Part shown: positions 9,944 to 20,281 of the stretch, in pieces
Layout of the letters: the number at the start of each line of letters is the position of its first letter
Position numbering within the stretch: position 1 is the first letter of the stretch
Origin: Lysobacterales bacterium
GTDB taxonomy: Bacteria > Pseudomonadota > Gammaproteobacteria > Xanthomonadales > SZUA-5
DNA length: 64,000 nt
Reading direction: 5' to 3'
Assembly: GCA_022844165.1 (NCBI GenBank)
Contig: JALHMH010000004.1
Location: forward strand, 151,509-215,508
The notes under the pieces: model-generated
Told to the model about the DNA's origin: nothing
Databases searched by the model: none
The model's input: the letters and a program-made list of their open reading frames with translations, nothing else
Translations under genes and position numbers: made by a program

Positions 9944-12900
9944 AATTGATCGAGCGCCTGATCACTCACCATCCGCTCGCCAATATTGCCTTTGCGGTCG
10001 TTTTGGTCATGGGCGCTATTGCGTATCTCAAGATGCCGCGCGAGCAGGATCCGGAGATCAATTTCAACTGGCTGAACATCTCAACGGCGCTTCCCGGCGC
10101 CTCCGCCGAAGATGTCGAGGCGAAGATCACCAACCCACTCGAAGACGCGTTGCGCAATGTGCAGGACGTGCGCTGGGTGATCAGTTCTTCGCGCGAAGGC
10201 GTGAGCAACATCCTGGTCCGTTTTCGCGAGATCAACGAACGCAGCTTCGACAAACGCGTGAACGACGTGCGGCGCGAAGTGCAGAACAAAGCCAACGCCG
10301 AGCTGCCGACCGAAGCGCTGGATCCGGACATCCTTGAAATTACCACTGCGAACGGTTTTCCCACGGCGATGGTGGTGCTGAGTGGACAGGCCGACGACGA
10401 ACAGCTGCGACTCGCCGCGCGCAACGTGCGTGAGGATATTCAGCGCATCGGTGGCGTCGATCGTGTCCTGGCGCTGGGGTTTCGCGACCCCGAACTGCGA
10501 GTGGAATTCGACCCGCAGCAGCTTGCCGCGAGAGGCGTCCATGCGGTGCAATTGTCCGACGCGCTGCGCGGTTGGTTTCGCGATGTGTTCGCCGGCAAAC
10601 AAGACGCCGCCGACGCCGAATGGCTGGTGCGCGTGGCAGGTGCGGTGCCGGATGTCGAGCGTCTGGCCGGGTTCGAACTGCCGTTGAGCGATGGCGCCGT
10701 GCGCCTCGATACGCTGGCCGAAGTTCGGCGGATCAGTCAGCGTCCGCGGCAGTTGATCGCCACCGATGGCCAGCCTGCGGTGCTGATGTCGGTGACCAAA
10801 GTCAGCGGTAGTAATACGCTGGTGTTGGTCGATCGCCTGCGCGAATATGTGGAGCAAAAAAACGCCGTGCTCGCGGGCTCAGGGTTGTCGTTGTTGTTGA
10901 GCGACGATCAGTCGATTCCCACGCGTGATGCGCTGGCGATCATGCAAGACAACGCGCTGATCGGACTGCTGCTGGTGATGGCCGTGTGTTGGTTGTTCCT
11001 TGGCACGCGCATTTCGGCCATGGTCGCGTTGGGCGTGGTGTTTTCCATCGCCGGCACTTTCATCCTGCTCGATGTCACCGGGAACACGCTCAACGTCTCA
11101 GTACTGCTCGGCATCGTCATCGTTTTGGGCATGCTGGTCGACGACGCAGTGGTCGTGGTTGAGGCGATGTACTTTCGCATGCAGCGCGGCATGGATGGAC
11201 TGCGTGCGGCAATCGAAAGCCTGCGTGAAGTGGGCTTGCCGGTGTTGGCCGCCGTGACCACGACGATGGCGGCTTTTTTGCCGCTGATGTTGTTGCCCGG
11301 CATCCTCGGCAAATTCATGTTTGTGATTCCCTTTGTGGTCACCGTCGGATTGGCGGTGAGTTTGATCGAAGCGTTCTGGATGTTGCCCGCGCATGTAGTC
11401 GCCATGGGCGACAAAGCGCTGAGTGCTTCGCGCAGTCAGGCGTGGCGCGAGCGCTGGACGCATGCGCTGCGCGTCAAATACACCCGAGCGCTGATTCACG
11501 TCATGCGTCGCCCGAAACGCTATCTCAGTGGTGCGCTGCTGTTGTTCGTCGCGTCGATGGGTCTGATTGTGCTCGGCGCTGCGTTCAATAGCGGGCCGGT
11601 ACGCTTCAACTTCTTCGCCTTCGATCCGATCCGCTTGTTTTATGTCAACGTCGATTTGCCGCCGACGACGCCGATCGAAGAAAGTATTGCGCACACGCAA
11701 ACGGTCGAGACCATCGTCCGTCGCCATCTCAAAGAGGGCGAGGCTCGGTCGGTGATATCCATGGCGGGCATCAAGTTCACCGACATCGAGCCGGTGTATG
11801 GCGATCGTTATGGTCAGATCGCGGTGTCGTTGAATCCGGCGACGGCCGAGTCGCGGCTGATCGACGAGATCATCGAGGGCATGCGTGCCGACATCGAATC
11901 GGCGCCGGTGCCCGCGCAGATGTCGTTTTTCAAGGTCAGTGGCGGTCCGCCCACGGGCAAGCCGATCAGCGTCAAAGTACGCAGCGACGATCCTGCGGAA
12001 CTCGCGGGTGCGGCCGAGGCTGTCAAACGCGCCATTGCCGACATTCCTGGCGCGCGCGACATCAGCGACGATGCCAGCCCGGGGCGTAACGAGCTCACCC
12101 TGGACGTGGACGTCGCGGCCGCGCGCGAAGCCGGTCTCGATCCGGCCGCCGTTGCGCGTCTGGTGCGCTTGCACGTCGATGGCGAGGTGGTGGCCGATTT
12201 TCGCGACCGCGGCGAGAAGGTCGAGCTACGTGTGCAGGCGCAGCCACAACGGTTCGCGCAGGTGGAAGAACTGTTGGCGCAGCCGGTGGCTTTGCCAGGC
12301 GGCGGCGAAACCCTGCTCGGTGCGCTGGTGAAACACCAGACGCGCATCAGCGCCGATCTGATCCGGCATTGGAATTTCCGCCGCGCGATCACCGTCGAAG
12401 CCGATCTCGATCTCGACATCAACAATGCGGTCGCGGCCGCGCAGAGCCTGCGCCAGGCCTGGGAAAGCCAACGCGCCACTTACCCAGGCGCTGACCTCGA
12501 TTTTTCTGGTCAACTCGACGACATCAACGAGTCTTTGGCGGCGCTCGGCCCGTTGGCACTGATGGGCATCGGTCTGATTTACCTGATTCTGGCGGCGCAA
12601 TTCCGCAGCTATGGGCAGCCCTTCCTGATTCTGGTCACCGTACCGCTGGCGCTGGTGGGCGTGACCTTGGGCGTGGTGGTGTCCGGTAATCCAGTGTCCC
12701 TGTACACGATGTATGGCGCAGTCGCTCTGATCGGTATCGCCGTCAACGGTGCCATCGTTCTGATTGACGCGGCCAATCAGCGCCGCGCGGCCGGCATGCG
12801 CACGCTGCACGCCGCAATTTATGCCGCGCGCCGCCGCGTGATCGCGATCGCGATGACCACGGGCACGACCATCGCCGGACTGTTTTCGCTCGCGGTTGGT

Positions 12901-13020
12901 CTGGCTGGCGAATCTCTGCTCTGGGGTCCGGTTGCCTCGGCCATCGTCTGGGGTCTGGCCTTTTCCAGCTTGCTGACGCTGTTCGTCGTCCCGGTGCTGT
13001 ATCGGCAGTTCATGCGTTGA
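9940..13020 (+). CDS. RND efflux permease (AcrB/AcrD/AcrF family)
   Basis: 1026 aa; LPGASAEDVEAKITNPLE, SSSREG, GMLVDDAVVVVE, GIAVNGAIVLID, C-terminal LTLFVVPVLY. Confidence 0.95.
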   Translation: MKLIERLITHHPLANIAFAVVLVMGAIAYLKMPREQDPEINFNWLNISTALPGASAEDVEAKITNPLEDALRNVQDVRWVISSSREGVSNILVRFREINERSFDKRVNDVRREVQNKANAELPTEALDPDILEITTANGFPTAMVVLSGQADDEQLRLAARNVREDIQRIGGVDRVLALGFRDPELRVEFDPQQLAARGVHAVQLSDALRGWFRDVFAGKQDAADAEWLVRVAGAVPDVERLAGFELPLSDGAVRLDTLAEVRRISQRPRQLIATDGQPAVLMSVTKVSGSNTLVLVDRLREYVEQKNAVLAGSGLSLLLSDDQSIPTRDALAIMQDNALIGLLLVMAVCWLFLGTRISAMVALGVVFSIAGTFILLDVTGNTLNVSVLLGIVIVLGMLVDDAVVVVEAMYFRMQRGMDGLRAAIESLREVGLPVLAAVTTTMAAFLPLMLLPGILGKFMFVIPFVVTVGLAVSLIEAFWMLPAHVVAMGDKALSASRSQAWRERWTHALRVKYTRALIHVMRRPKRYLSGALLLFVASMGLIVLGAAFNSGPVRFNFFAFDPIRLFYVNVDLPPTTPIEESIAHTQTVETIVRRHLKEGEARSVISMAGIKFTDIEPVYGDRYGQIAVSLNPATAESRLIDEIIEGMRADIESAPVPAQMSFFKVSGGPPTGKPISVKVRSDDPAELAGAAEAVKRAIADIPGARDISDDASPGRNELTLDVDVAAAREAGLDPAAVARLVRLHVDGEVVADFRDRGEKVELRVQAQPQRFAQVEELLAQPVALPGGGETLLGALVKHQTRISADLIRHWNFRRAITVEADLDLDINNAVAAAQSLRQAWESQRATYPGADLDFSGQLDDINESLAALGPLALMGIGLIYLILAAQFRSYGQPFLILVTVPLALVGVTLGVVVSGNPVSLYTMYGAVALIGIAVNGAIVLIDAANQRRAAGMRTLHAAIYAARRRVIAIAMTTGTTIAGLFSLAVGLAGESLLWGPVASAIVWGLAFSSLLTLFVVPVLYRQFMR

Positions 13021-13161
13021 CCGTCTAAGCGCCATCGGACCATTCTGGCGGCAGTGAATGCCGATCCATGCTGTCCGCCGCCATGAGTTGTTGGATTTTG
13101 CGTTCGCTTCCTGGTGGTTTCGGCATTCTTGCCAAGGACACTATGAAAAGGGGTTCGATGG

Positions 13162-14196
13162 ATGCGTTGGGTCATTGTTTTCTCATTGTTGGCCTGGGTG
13201 GCGGCGGAAGCGCGCACGCGTATCGACTACAACGGCGCGATGAACCGCGCGCAGGCGGCGGTTTTGTCCGGAAACGTCGATCCCGAACGGGATTTGGCGC
13301 CGGTGCTCCAGTCTTACGTTTTTCTGGCCGAAACCGGCGACTCATCGCATTTGCCCTACTCGCTCAACATCGAACGTCTGGCGCGTGTCGATGGTTCCAG
13401 CCCGCAGTCAGTGAAGCGCTGGTTCGGAGAGATCGCGCCGCGATACCTGGTACCGCTGATCGAGGGCAAGACGCCAGCAGGCCCTCGAGGGCGTGCGCTT
13501 TTGATGCTGAATCGGATGCAAGTGGATGAGTCCACCATGGACCGCGCGATTGAGATCGCCAGCGCCGATCCGGAACTTGCGAACAGCGTTGACCGAGTGC
13601 GCTCGGATCGCCGACGCACACCGAAAACAACGCTGGCTGCGGTCGACGCTGAGCGTGAACGTGCCGCCATCGCTTTTTTGGCGCCACGCAACATCGGAGT
13701 CAATGCCGACAGCTTGCGCAAGGCCGCCGGCGAGGGCGATCTGCTGACGGTCGCGGCATTACTGGATGCCGGCGTCGACGCCAATGCGCGCGGCATCTCT
13801 GGCATGAACGCCATCAGTCAAACCGTTGGCTTCGGCTGCGTGGATAAGGTGCCGGCCACCGACCTTGTCGCGATGTTGCAACTGCTTGCCAGGCGCGGCG
13901 CCCAAATCGGCGGCGCAGACGCAAACGGCGACACCTATCTGCTGGGCGCCGTGCGCAACGGATGTCCGGCTGTCGTCATTGAGGCGTTGATCGACTTGGG
14001 CGAACCGCCCGATGTGCGCGGATCGCGTGGGCTGACTCCGCTCGAAATGGCGATCGCGGCAGCAAATCTGGATGCAGCCGAGGCGCTCGTCGCGCGCGGC
14101 GCACGCTTGAGCGCGCAACAGGTCGATCGTCTGTTCATCGAGCCACCCAGCGATCCACGCGTCAAGGCAATCCTCAAACGTGCCCAAGGACGATGA
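13162..14196 (+). CDS. Secreted ankyrin-repeat protein
   Basis: Signal peptide; ANK-like AAGEGDLLTVAALLDAGVDANAR and GLTPLEMA...ALVARGA. Confidence 0.82.
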   Translation: MRWVIVFSLLAWVAAEARTRIDYNGAMNRAQAAVLSGNVDPERDLAPVLQSYVFLAETGDSSHLPYSLNIERLARVDGSSPQSVKRWFGEIAPRYLVPLIEGKTPAGPRGRALLMLNRMQVDESTMDRAIEIASADPELANSVDRVRSDRRRTPKTTLAAVDAERERAAIAFLAPRNIGVNADSLRKAAGEGDLLTVAALLDAGVDANARGISGMNAISQTVGFGCVDKVPATDLVAMLQLLARRGAQIGGADANGDTYLLGAVRNGCPAVVIEALIDLGEPPDVRGSRGLTPLEMAIAAANLDAAEALVARGARLSAQQVDRLFIEPPSDPRVKAILKRAQGR

Positions 14197-14765
14197 TCAT
14201 GCGATGCCGGATGTTTTCGACTCTGCTCTTGATGCCCTTGATTGCCTTTGGCGAAGCGCCGAGCGAGCTGGGCGATGCGCTGGTCGGTGCTGCGCTGCGC
14301 CGCGATGTCGCAGAAGTGAAGGCGCTGCTGGCCGAAGGCGTGAGCGCTAACGCCCGTTCGCCGACGCTACCGCATTCACCGCTGAACGCCGCGACGATGG
14401 TTGGCTGTGGCAAGGACGAAGGCGACTATGCCCAGGCGTTGCAGATCGTCGATGCGCTGCTTGCGGCTGGCGCAGACCCAAACGCAACTGAGGGCGCAGG
14501 AACGTCGACGCTGACCATGGCCGCCCAGCGATGCCCTGGCGAGGTTGTGCAGCGAATGCTCGATGCGGGCGGCGACGTGGCGCATCGCAGCCCGCAAGGA
14601 TGGGGACCGCTGTCGATGGCGCTGATCGTCAAGAACAAGAGTTCGGCGCGCGTGCTCATCGAACACGGCGCACGTCTGCCCGGCGCGACGCTCGACAAGC
14701 TGATCAAAACGCCGCCGGACGATCCCGAGTTGAAGGAGCTGATCCGTCGCGCGCGAAAGGGCTGA
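14193..14765 (+). CDS. Secreted ankyrin-repeat protein, paralog of the upstream gene's C-terminal half
   Basis: Signal peptide; VKALLAEGVSANAR, LLAAGADPN, GWGPLSMA; shares a GARL...D.L...PP.DP....RA tail with 13162-14196. Confidence 0.82.
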   Translation: MIMRCRMFSTLLLMPLIAFGEAPSELGDALVGAALRRDVAEVKALLAEGVSANARSPTLPHSPLNAATMVGCGKDEGDYAQALQIVDALLAAGADPNATEGAGTSTLTMAAQRCPGEVVQRMLDAGGDVAHRSPQGWGPLSMALIVKNKSSARVLIEHGARLPGATLDKLIKTPPDDPELKELIRRARKG

Positions 14766-14769
14766 CTCG

Positions 14770-14889
14770 CGATTCTCTGCTTTGGAGATCGCTGTCTGGT
14801 GATCCAGCTTGCTGACGCCGTTCTTCGTTCCGTTGCTTTATCGGTTGCTGATGCGTGAATGGGTGAGGGATGCGTTTCGTCGCGTCTGA
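14770..14889 (+). pseudogene. Degenerate remnant of an RND permease 3' end, homologous to 12909-13020
   Basis: TCCAGCTTGCTGACGC is identical at 12964-12979 and 14803-14818; reads SSLLTPFFVPLLYRLLMR... versus SSLLTLFVVPVLYRQFMR*. Confidence 0.8.
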
Positions 14890-14945
14890 GTTCCCGTGTT
14901 ATGGTCTGAATTCAGCTTCGATCCAAGCGGACAGGTTGTAAGACG

Positions 14946-16616
14946 ATGCCAGGCGTCTTCTACGAAATCGGAATTCTGCTTGGCTTGGCGGCCGCAGCAG
15001 GCGCTCTTGCACAGTGGTTGAGGCAACCACTGATCGTTGCCTTTATTGCCGTTGGTATCTTCGCAGGCCCCTCCTTTGTTGGCTTATTGCAGTCGGGCAA
15101 CGAAGTCGACCTGCTCGCTCGCCTTGGGATTGCACTGCTTCTGTTTGTGGTTGGACTGAAGCTTGACTTGCACATCATCCGCACGGTTGGGCCGGTCGCA
15201 CTGGCATCGGGTCTCGGGCAGGTCATTTTCACCTCTGTGATCGGCTATGTGCTCGGATTGCTGCTTGGTTTGGACCACATTGCGGCGATTTATGTGGCCG
15301 TTGCGCTGACCTTTTCCAGCACCATCATTATTGTCAAGCTGCTGTCCGACAAGCGCGAGGTCGATTCGCTTCATGGACGAATTGCGATCGGTTTTTTGAT
15401 CGTTCAGGACATCGTCGTTGTGTTGGTCATGATCGCCCTGACGGCGTTCGGGAGTGCGGAAGCGAATCGTAGTTTTGGTCAGGAAGCGCTGTGGATTGTT
15501 GCAAAAGGCGTCGCCATGTTGGTCAGCGTTGCGTTGCTGATGCGATACGTCCTGCCGCACCTCACGCAGCGACTTGCTCGAACGCCGGAGTTGCTGGTGC
15601 TGTTTGCGATTGCCTGGGCGGTTCTGGGCGCGATGGTCGGCGATGCATTGGGATTCAGCAAGGAGGTCGGCGCCTTCTTGGCCGGCGTTTCGATTGCCTC
15701 GACCGCATTTCGCGAACAAATAGCAGCGCGCCTTGTCAGTCTGCGCGATTTTCTTTTGCTCTTCTTCTTCGTCGAATTGGGCGCCTCTCTGGACCTGGGT
15801 ACCTTAGGCGCTCAGTGGTTCTCGGCGATGGTGTTCTCGCTGTTCGTATTGATTGGAAATCCGTTGATCGTCATGGCCATTATGGGTTACATGGGCTACC
15901 GCAAACGAACGGGTTTCCTCGCGGGCCTCACCGTTGCGCAAATCAGTGAATTTTCATTGATTCTGGCCGGGCTCGGATTGAGCCTGGGACATCTGGACCG
16001 CGAGACGGTCGGTCTGGTCACGCTGGTTGGACTGGTGACGATCAGCGCCTCGACCTATCTGATCTTGTACTCGCATCCGATTTACGAGCGACTCGCGCCA
16101 TGGCTCGGTGTGTTCGAGCGTAAAGTCGCGTTCCGCGAGCAGCGGGCGACGCCAAGCCAGTTGGAACCTGATGTATTGCTGTTTGGCATAGGGCGTTTCG
16201 GCAAGGCGCTAGCAGAAAATCTTCGCTCCGGCGGATGCCGGCTACTGGTCATCGATTTCGATCCAGAGGCGATTCGAAGTCAGAAACTTGAGGGATTTGC
16301 GGTTCAGTACGGTGACGCTTCTGATCCAGAGTTTATCGCCGCCTTGCCCATTCAAAAAGCGAATTGCGTAGTTTGCACGATCCGCGATGTCGATATTGGC
16401 CAGACGCTCGTCCAGAGTTTGCGGCAACTGGGATTTGTCGGCAAGATCGCTGTCGCTGCCGAGGCACAATCGGATGTTGAGCGTTTGACCCAGCTCGGCG
16501 TCGACAGAGTGTTTGTTCCGTACGCTGATGCTGCACGTGAGGCGGCGAAGTTTGTTCTGGGTTCCGATCAGGAGGGACGGCATGAGGAGCTTCAGGAGCA
16601 TCCTGTTCGTTTGTGA
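14946..16616 (+). CDS. Kef-type cation:proton antiporter (CPA2) with C-terminal TrkA-N/RCK domain
   Basis: LLLFVVGLKLD, FSSTIIIVKLL, LIVQD, LAQISEFS-like VAQISEFS; RCK motifs GIGRFG and YGDA. Confidence 0.92.
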   Translation: MPGVFYEIGILLGLAAAAGALAQWLRQPLIVAFIAVGIFAGPSFVGLLQSGNEVDLLARLGIALLLFVVGLKLDLHIIRTVGPVALASGLGQVIFTSVIGYVLGLLLGLDHIAAIYVAVALTFSSTIIIVKLLSDKREVDSLHGRIAIGFLIVQDIVVVLVMIALTAFGSAEANRSFGQEALWIVAKGVAMLVSVALLMRYVLPHLTQRLARTPELLVLFAIAWAVLGAMVGDALGFSKEVGAFLAGVSIASTAFREQIAARLVSLRDFLLLFFFVELGASLDLGTLGAQWFSAMVFSLFVLIGNPLIVMAIMGYMGYRKRTGFLAGLTVAQISEFSLILAGLGLSLGHLDRETVGLVTLVGLVTISASTYLILYSHPIYERLAPWLGVFERKVAFREQRATPSQLEPDVLLFGIGRFGKALAENLRSGGCRLLVIDFDPEAIRSQKLEGFAVQYGDASDPEFIAALPIQKANCVVCTIRDVDIGQTLVQSLRQLGFVGKIAVAAEAQSDVERLTQLGVDRVFVPYADAAREAAKFVLGSDQEGRHEELQEHPVRL

Positions 16617-17514
16617 TGCAGCGACGTCAGATGCGGCCCTCGCACGCGTTGCCAGCCTGGCAGACCATCAGCAGGCGCGGCTGACGATCATTGATGTGGT
16701 TGCTCCGTTGGCTTCTGCCGAGCAGACGGCTTTGCTGGTACTCGAACGTCATCGCGCCCTTGAAGCGCTATGTGCGCCGTTTCGCGCGTTAGCTGCGTCG
16801 ACGATCGAAGTGTCGACGGGCAAGCGCTTCGTTGAGGCCATACGGCGAGTGCTGCGCGACAATCACGACTTATTGGTCAAGAGCGCCGAGAACCCCAGTT
16901 GGACAGAGCGCTTGTTTGGCAGCGAAGATATGCACCTGCTGCGCAAGTGTCCCTGTCCTGTCTGGCTGATGCGGCCCGATGAAGAGGTGAGCTATCGAAC
17001 TGTTCTTGCGGCCATCGATGTTGATCCAGACGTATCGGATGATGCGCAAGAGCTCAACGACAACATCCTTGAATTGGCGAGTGCGCTCGCCGTGGCGGAC
17101 TTCGCTGCGCTGCATGTGCTCCACGTGTGGGATAGTCCGGAGGCAGGGTTTGTACGCCTCTGGGCGGATGATCCGGCGTCCGCTGAGCGCAGCGTTCTGA
17201 GCGGTGCGTCGACGCGGCATCGCGAAGCCGCCGAGCGGCAGCTGGGACGGCTGGCCCAGTCTCTGGGGAGCGAGGCGTATCGGCACTTGGCTCCGAAGCT
17301 CCATGTGATTCATGGCAATCCGCGCGATACGATTCCTGCACAAGCAGCACAGTTGGGTGCCCAGTTGGTGGTGATGGGCACCGTGGCACGTAAAGGCGTT
17401 GCCGGCGTGCTGATCGGCAATACCGCGGAGGATGTTCTGGATCAACTTCGGTGTGCCGTGTTGGCCCTCAAGCCGGCGTGGTTTGCCTCGCCGTTGTCGC
17501 CGCCGGCAATTTGA
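16582..17514 (+). CDS. Tandem-domain universal stress protein (UspE-like)
   Basis: GGAGG RBS before ATG 16582; FGSEDMHLLRKCPCPVW; LVVMGTVARKGVAGVLIGNTAE. Confidence 0.92.
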   Translation: MRSFRSILFVCDAATSDAALARVASLADHQQARLTIIDVVAPLASAEQTALLVLERHRALEALCAPFRALAASTIEVSTGKRFVEAIRRVLRDNHDLLVKSAENPSWTERLFGSEDMHLLRKCPCPVWLMRPDEEVSYRTVLAAIDVDPDVSDDAQELNDNILELASALAVADFAALHVLHVWDSPEAGFVRLWADDPASAERSVLSGASTRHREAAERQLGRLAQSLGSEAYRHLAPKLHVIHGNPRDTIPAQAAQLGAQLVVMGTVARKGVAGVLIGNTAEDVLDQLRCAVLALKPAWFASPLSPPAI

Positions 17515-17532
17515 TGCGAACACTCGGTTCCT

Positions 17533-20268
17533 TTACCGGCTGCGAAACGCGCCCAGCCAACGCAACCGCACCTGCTTTTCCAATTCGATGAGCGCAAAAA
17601 AGGCGCCGCCGACGAGCACGATCAGCAGGCCATCGTTCAGCGGAACCGCAGCGGTACCGAAAATCGCCTGCAACGGCGGCAGATAGGTGATCGCGAACTG
17701 CGCGCCGGTGACGATCGCCACCACCGCCCACACAACGGGTGTGCCGCGTATCGCTGACCATCGCAGCGACGTGCCGTAGATGTTGCGAATGAAAAAGAGA
17801 TGGAAAATTTCCAGAACCACCAGCGTGTTGAGCGCGATCGTACGCGCCAGCTCCAACGAGTGACCTTGGCCAAGCGCATGGTGGTACATACCGAAGACGG
17901 CGCCCAGGAACAGCAACGAGACAAGAACAACGTGCCATACAAGATCGGGGCCCAGTAGCGCTTCATCGCGCCGACGTGGTGGACGTTGCATGGTCTGGAT
18001 CTCGGTCGGTTCGAAAGCCAGCGCGAGTCCCAGCGTTGCGGCGGTGATTAAGTTGATCCAGAGAATCTGCACCGGCGTCACCGGCAAAGACATCCCCATC
18101 AGCAGTGCGACGATGACCGTCAACGCCTCACCGGCATTGGTCGGCAAGGTCCAGCTGATGACCTTTTTGATGTTGTCGTAAACCGTTCGGCCTTCGCGTA
18201 TTGCTGCGACAATCGAAGCGAAGTTGTCGTCGGCGAGCACCAGATCGGCCGCCTCTTTGGCAGCTTCCGTGCCCTTCTTGCCCATCGCAATGCCGGCGTC
18301 GGCGCGCTTGAGGGCCGGTGCATCGTTGACGCCATCGCCCGTCATGGCCACGCTCAAACCGTGGGCTTGCAGCGCCTCGACCAGCCGCAATTTGTGTTCT
18401 GGGCTGGTACGCGCAAATACATCGTATTCCAGTACTGCCTGATTCAGCGCCGCCTCGCTCATGGCATCCAGCTTGGGGCCGGTCAGTACGGCGGTTCGCG
18501 CGAACCCGATTTGTTGCGCGATGGCTGAGGCGGTACCGGCGTGGTCGCCTGTGATCATTTTGACCGAGATGCCGGCACTCAAACAGTCGGCGATCGCCTG
18601 AAGCGCCTCAAGGCGCGGCGGATCGATCAAACCGACCATTCCGAGCAGCGTCAGCCCGTTCTCCACCGTCGTGCGCTCGAAAGCTGGCCGAGCGGCATCG
18701 ACTCGGCGCACAGCGAAGGCGAGTACGCGTTGTCCGTGTGCGGCGATGGCATCGATTTGCGCATGCCAAAAAGCCTGATCCAATGGCGCGGAATCGTTGC
18801 CAGAAGTGCGTTGCGTGGCGCAATTGGCGAGAATTTGCTCTGGCGCCCCCTTGACGAAAACAAGGCGATTTTGGTCCGCGTCTTCGTGCAGAGTGGCCAT
18901 GTATCGATGTCGCGCATCGAAGGGGATTGCATCAATGCGTGGCCATCGGCGGCGTTCCTGATCGAGGCGCAGGCCGACTTTTGCCGCGAACGCGAGCAGT
19001 GCACCTTCCATCGGATCGCCGTCGATGACCCAGGCGTTGTCGCGTTCGCCCAGCGCGGCATCGTTGCAGAGCAGTGCAGCGAGAGCCAATTCGGTGAGGG
19101 ACCGAACATCGCCATCGCGATGCCGGCGGTGGCGGATGGCGCCGAACGGTGCGTAACCGTCGCCCTCGATATCGCAGGCGGTGCTCGATGTCAGTGCAGA
19201 GGCAACCAACATCTCGTTGCGCGTCAGCGTGCCAGTTTTGTCGGTGCATACCACCGATACCGATCCGATCGTCTCGATGGCGGGCAGGCGGCGGACGATC
19301 GCGTTGCGGGCTGCCATCGAGCGGACCCCGATCGCGAGCGTTATGCTGAGCACGGCCGGCAGGCCTTCTGGTATTGCGGCGACTGACAGGCCAACCACGG
19401 CCATGAACAACTCGGCGAACGGATAGTGCGCAGCGTAATAGCCGTAGATCAGCAGCGATACGGCAACCGCGAGGATCAGCCAGGTCAGCCAGTGGCCGAA
19501 GCGCTGAATCTGCGCGACCAACGGCGTGGTCAGGGTTGCGACGTTTGCCAATAATTGACCGATGCGCCCGATTTCCGTGGCCATGCCGGTTGCGATGACA
19601 ACACCCACGCCGGTGCCTGCCGTTACGACGGTGCCGGAAAAAGCCAGACACGTTCGCTCGCCGAGCGCGACATCGCTGGCGACCGGATCGAGTTGTTTCT
19701 CGACAGGGACAGACTCGCCGGTCAGCGCTGACTCCTGAACCGACAGCCCGCGCTCTTGGATCAAACGCAGATCGGCCGGTACGCGATCGCCCGCCTCAAT
19801 GCTGACAATGTCGCCGGGCACGAGCTGTTCGCCATCGATCCCGATGCGGATGCCATCGCGGAACACGCTGGCGCGTGGCGCAAGCAGGTTGCGAATGGCA
19901 TCCATGGCTTGCTCGGCTTTGCCCTCCTGGACATACCCGATCGCGGCATTGATCAGAACGACGGCAAGAATGACAGCCGCATCGATCCAGTGCCCGAGTA
20001 GCGCGGTCATCAGCGCAGCTCCGAGGAGCACATAAATCAGCACGTTGTGGAACTGCGAAAACAGGCGCCGAAGGGCGCTGCGGCGCGCCACCGCCGGTAG
20101 ACGGTTTGGCCCGATTTCGGCCAACCTCGAAGTGGCTTCTGTCGCGCTCAAACCGTTCGCGGTGGTGCGCAGTTGCGCCAGCGTTTCAGCTACGTCCAGG
20201 GTATGCCATGCCAAGCTGTTGCTTGTCGGCAGGTCGGTTGAGCCGTTTTTGTGCTCCGGTGCGCGCAT
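17533..20268 (-). CDS. P-type cation-transporting ATPase (type IIA, CtpF/PacL-like)
   Basis: TGES, IPEGLP, DKTGT, KGAPE, MITGDH, GDGVNDAPALK, QILWINLIT. Confidence 0.96.
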   Translation of the reverse strand: MRAPEHKNGSTDLPTSNSLAWHTLDVAETLAQLRTTANGLSATEATSRLAEIGPNRLPAVARRSALRRLFSQFHNVLIYVLLGAALMTALLGHWIDAAVILAVVLINAAIGYVQEGKAEQAMDAIRNLLAPRASVFRDGIRIGIDGEQLVPGDIVSIEAGDRVPADLRLIQERGLSVQESALTGESVPVEKQLDPVASDVALGERTCLAFSGTVVTAGTGVGVVIATGMATEIGRIGQLLANVATLTTPLVAQIQRFGHWLTWLILAVAVSLLIYGYYAAHYPFAELFMAVVGLSVAAIPEGLPAVLSITLAIGVRSMAARNAIVRRLPAIETIGSVSVVCTDKTGTLTRNEMLVASALTSSTACDIEGDGYAPFGAIRHRRHRDGDVRSLTELALAALLCNDAALGERDNAWVIDGDPMEGALLAFAAKVGLRLDQERRRWPRIDAIPFDARHRYMATLHEDADQNRLVFVKGAPEQILANCATQRTSGNDSAPLDQAFWHAQIDAIAAHGQRVLAFAVRRVDAARPAFERTTVENGLTLLGMVGLIDPPRLEALQAIADCLSAGISVKMITGDHAGTASAIAQQIGFARTAVLTGPKLDAMSEAALNQAVLEYDVFARTSPEHKLRLVEALQAHGLSVAMTGDGVNDAPALKRADAGIAMGKKGTEAAKEAADLVLADDNFASIVAAIREGRTVYDNIKKVISWTLPTNAGEALTVIVALLMGMSLPVTPVQILWINLITAATLGLALAFEPTEIQTMQRPPRRRDEALLGPDLVWHVVLVSLLFLGAVFGMYHHALGQGHSLELARTIALNTLVVLEIFHLFFIRNIYGTSLRWSAIRGTPVVWAVVAIVTGAQFAITYLPPLQAIFGTAAVPLNDGLLIVLVGGAFFALIELEKQVRLRWLGAFRSR

Positions 20269-20281
20269 GAGATCGTCGTAC

